Shown here: positions 22,224 to 24,814 of the stretch, in pieces
How the letters are laid out: each line of letters opens with the position of its first letter
How positions within the stretch are numbered: the stretch's first letter is position 1
Source of the DNA: a virus
Lineage: Duplodnaviria > Caudoviricetes
Virus record (IMG/VR): IMGVR_UViG_3300022882_000107
Location: 1 to 24,814 of that record
Reading direction: 5' to 3' (one strand)
DNA: 24,814 bases
The notes under the pieces: generated by a model
Seen by the model: the letters and a program-made list of their open reading frames with translations, nothing else
What the model was told of the DNA's origin: nothing
The model's database searches: none
Program-made: the position numbers and the translations under genes

Positions 22224-24814
22224 TTTACTTGCGGTTAGTTGTTATGGTATTAACGCACCAGTAGTTGTAGATAGGACTACTCATCTAATAACTTGGCCTA
22301 CAGACTTTATAGACCTGAATTTTGGATATCTTGATGAGTCCTTTAATGCTATGAGTAACAATGTTACAGCATCTACGAATTGGGTTGCAGATCAACTTGA
22401 TGGCATAAGTACTGATATCTACTTGGAGTTATACGGTGATTTGAATGCAAGCGTACTTGCTCTGTCGACTAATCATAATACCACTTTGAATACGGTAAAC
22501 ACAAATCTCCTTAATCAGATAGACATTGTTGATACCGACCTTACAGCAGATATAACAGCATTAGATATAGAACTTAGTGCAGATATAAACACTGTTGACA
22601 CAAACTCTACAGCTCAATTGTATATTGTTAATACTAATCTGACTGCTGAAATTGGGACTTTAGACGTTAAATTGAGTGCAGATATAAATACTGTCGATAC
22701 TAATCTTACAAGTGAGATAAATATTGTTGACACAAATTCTACAGCTCAACTATATATTGTCAATACTAACTTAACTGCCGAGATCGCTCTGTTTACTGAA
22801 TCTACGGTTAATTATTTTACGGCATCAAATACTTTTTTGAGTTTTGCTGGATTAAGGAGTTCCGCAATAGTTACTACAAATATCACGAGCATAGACTTTG
22901 GCCCCCCTGTGGTTACCAATTTCTCTTATACAACTACATACGACTTTTATCCTTTTGTTACCAAGAGTATTACCAATGCTTTGTATGCTATCGTAACCGG
23001 CAAGGTTGATTCTATAGATTTTATAGCCTCTACTAATGCCTTAACTGTTTCTATTGCTACTAAGGTTGACTCTAGTGATTATGTAATACACACCAACGCA
23101 GTAGCTGTGTCTACTAATGCTATTGTGGTTGATTTAGCTACTAAAACAACGTATGCTGAAACCACTAACATTGCCAACAACGCAGTGTCTGATTATGACA
23201 GCACCAACAACTTTGTGAAAGCGCCAGGGATTACCAACATTGCCGACAATGCTGTATGGGAGTACGCTTCAACAAACAATTTTGTTACCGCTCCTATCGT
23301 TACCAACATTGCAGAGAATGCTATAGCAGACTATACCAACACAATAAATGTAATTACAACCGATGAAGATGGGCGAGTGATTCCATCAACGTTTTTTGAT
23401 GACAATGGTGTAGTTAGAACAAACGGAATTAGTGGCTACGTGACAGAAGCGTCAAGTCCAAACTACGATGTCAATACGACTTCGTACTTCTTCGGTGCGG
23501 AGAATGCTACTGGGTATAGTATTACTACAAATACAGAGGGGTATGTCGGATCAATTACTACAAATGCAGCGACCACAAATTATAACATGGGAAGTATCTA
23601 TTTTAGTTTTGACACAGGTACTTCAAACTACAACACCTTTGCTTCTGCCTGGAGTTTAAGTACTAATGTTTATATGTTTTGGGATGATGTTGATACTTAT
23701 GAACAGGGTGCTATACCTCTTAACTTTGGGAATTTGTTAAAAGAGTCAACTAATCCACAAAGATGGGCATCACAAATAAGAGCAGCAGTAGACGCCACTC
23801 AATTTGTGGATTTTCAGGCGGTATCAAATTCTTTCGTAACTTCTGTTTACCCTCCTACTAACGGTTTATTATATGGAACTACCAGCGTATACACAAACAC
23901 AGCTTTGCTATACTCTTTTGATGATATAGCTGCGGTATTGTGGAATCCAACCAACTCCCCATCTACTACCATAACGAACACGACTTATACGACAAATTGG
24001 GTGGCAACGGTTGACACAAACATCACATATTCCCCTCTAGTAAACGAGAGTGCGTTAGCAGACGAGGGGTTTGCAACAACTCAATTCGTAAACAGTGCAA
24101 TAGCACCCTTGGCGACATCAACCGAATTAGATGCGGTTGCAAGTGCGGGAACTAACTATGCACAAATGGTTGCCTTGTACGGTTCAAACTACGTTGAGAA
24201 ACTCGAGCAGTATGGAACGCTTGACATAACAATCACGCCCGATAGCGCATGGACTTTTGACGGATCAGGAACGATAACAGCCTACAGTGGAAGCTATACA
24301 GACGTTGTTATTCCTTATGAGATTGGTGGGGTTGCGGTTACTAATATTGGGGATATGCTTTTTGAAACTGATACCAACGTTGAATCTATTATTGCAGGCA
24401 AGAATCTTATTTCTATTGGTAGCGACTTCTCAGGCGCTTGTGATGCTCTAGTATCCATAACGTTGCCAAGTGTTATTTCTGTTGGTGATAGTTTTGCTAG
24501 CGGATGTGCATCATTAAATTCTGTTTCGTTATCGTGTGAAGCCCCAACTGTTGGTTTGACACCCTACCTAACATCCCTCAACGTCACAAACTACGTCCTT
24601 AACGCCACAGCGACGGGATGGAGTGACACGTTTGGCGGTAAACCAGTAGTTTTCCCTAGTCATACTTTAGAAGATGTGGAAATTAAAGGCGATGCAACAA
24701 TAAACGGGGTTGGGATTGCAACGATTACGATAACCAACGGATTTGCAACAACTCAATACGTTGATTCTGCTATTGCTGGCATTGACACAAGTGACTTGGC
24801 AAGCACCTCCTACG
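22195..24814 (+). CDS. Large fibre/adhesin-like protein with signal peptide, hendecad repeats and BspA-like LRR; runs off the window
   Basis: Not in track (no stop). Frame open from ATG 22174 / GTG 22195 (AGGAG at 22181) to the end; MKILTWITCSLLAVSCYG-INAP; LRR_5-like region about 24250-24655. Confidence 0.85.
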   Translation, partial: MKILTWITCSLLAVSCYGINAPVVVDRTTHLITWPTDFIDLNFGYLDESFNAMSNNVTASTNWVADQLDGISTDIYLELYGDLNASVLALSTNHNTTLNTVNTNLLNQIDIVDTDLTADITALDIELSADINTVDTNSTAQLYIVNTNLTAEIGTLDVKLSADINTVDTNLTSEINIVDTNSTAQLYIVNTNLTAEIALFTESTVNYFTASNTFLSFAGLRSSAIVTTNITSIDFGPPVVTNFSYTTTYDFYPFVTKSITNALYAIVTGKVDSIDFIASTNALTVSIATKVDSSDYVIHTNAVAVSTNAIVVDLATKTTYAETTNIANNAVSDYDSTNNFVKAPGITNIADNAVWEYASTNNFVTAPIVTNIAENAIADYTNTINVITTDEDGRVIPSTFFDDNGVVRTNGISGYVTEASSPNYDVNTTSYFFGAENATGYSITTNTEGYVGSITTNAATTNYNMGSIYFSFDTGTSNYNTFASAWSLSTNVYMFWDDVDTYEQGAIPLNFGNLLKESTNPQRWASQIRAAVDATQFVDFQAVSNSFVTSVYPPTNGLLYGTTSVYTNTALLYSFDDIAAVLWNPTNSPSTTITNTTYTTNWVATVDTNITYSPLVNESALADEGFATTQFVNSAIAPLATSTELDAVASAGTNYAQMVALYGSNYVEKLEQYGTLDITITPDSAWTFDGSGTITAYSGSYTDVVIPYEIGGVAVTNIGDMLFETDTNVESIIAGKNLISIGSDFSGACDALVSITLPSVISVGDSFASGCASLNSVSLSCEAPTVGLTPYLTSLNVTNYVLNATATGWSDTFGGKPVVFPSHTLEDVEIKGDATINGVGIATITITNGFATTQYVDSAIAGIDTSDLASTSY

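Noticed and set aside
23468-23659. 63-aa track ORF
   Set aside because: Off-frame inside the long open frame 22195->24814.
1-24814. Alternative genetic code, tRNA genes, introns/inteins, reverse transcriptase or integrase
   Set aside because: Core genes are intact in the standard code and all three stops are used at coupled junctions. I saw no cloverleaf, intein, YxDD RT or recombinase motifs in this window.

Overview
This AT-rich 24.8-kb window is a fragment of a tailed dsDNA phage genome, probably infecting a diderm host. An overlapping spanin-like pair and sigma54 promoters point to a diderm host; a PVC-superphylum host is a guess. Left arm (1-5841, minus strand): a dense operon of small accessory/early ORFs, including DUF3560, a ribbon-helix-helix regulator and a Zn-ribbon. 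Centre (about 5845-7370): a 1.5-kb non-coding control region. It holds two leftward sigma54 (-24/-12) promoters with identically spaced IHF-like sites, tandem candidate enhancer sites, DnaA-box-like 11-mer arrays and several other repeats. Right arm (plus strand) starts with a duplicated module of sigma70 promoter + structured leader RNA + antirepressor-like paralog + 90-bp repeat, with a phage Dam-family N6-adenine methyltransferase inside one copy. Then come terminase, portal, FmdB-like protein, scaffold, major capsid, decoration, adaptor and a lysis cassette. The window ends in a >870-aa fibre/adhesin-like ORF missing from the ORF track, with a signal peptide, heavy Thr-Asn enrichment and a BspA-like LRR module. 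The two most notable observations are (i) a pair of covarying leader RNAs with different bulge-leader recognition sequences and (ii) a complete sigma54/IHF/enhancer promoter architecture upstream of the phage left operon. All calls are from reading the sequence; no searches were run.
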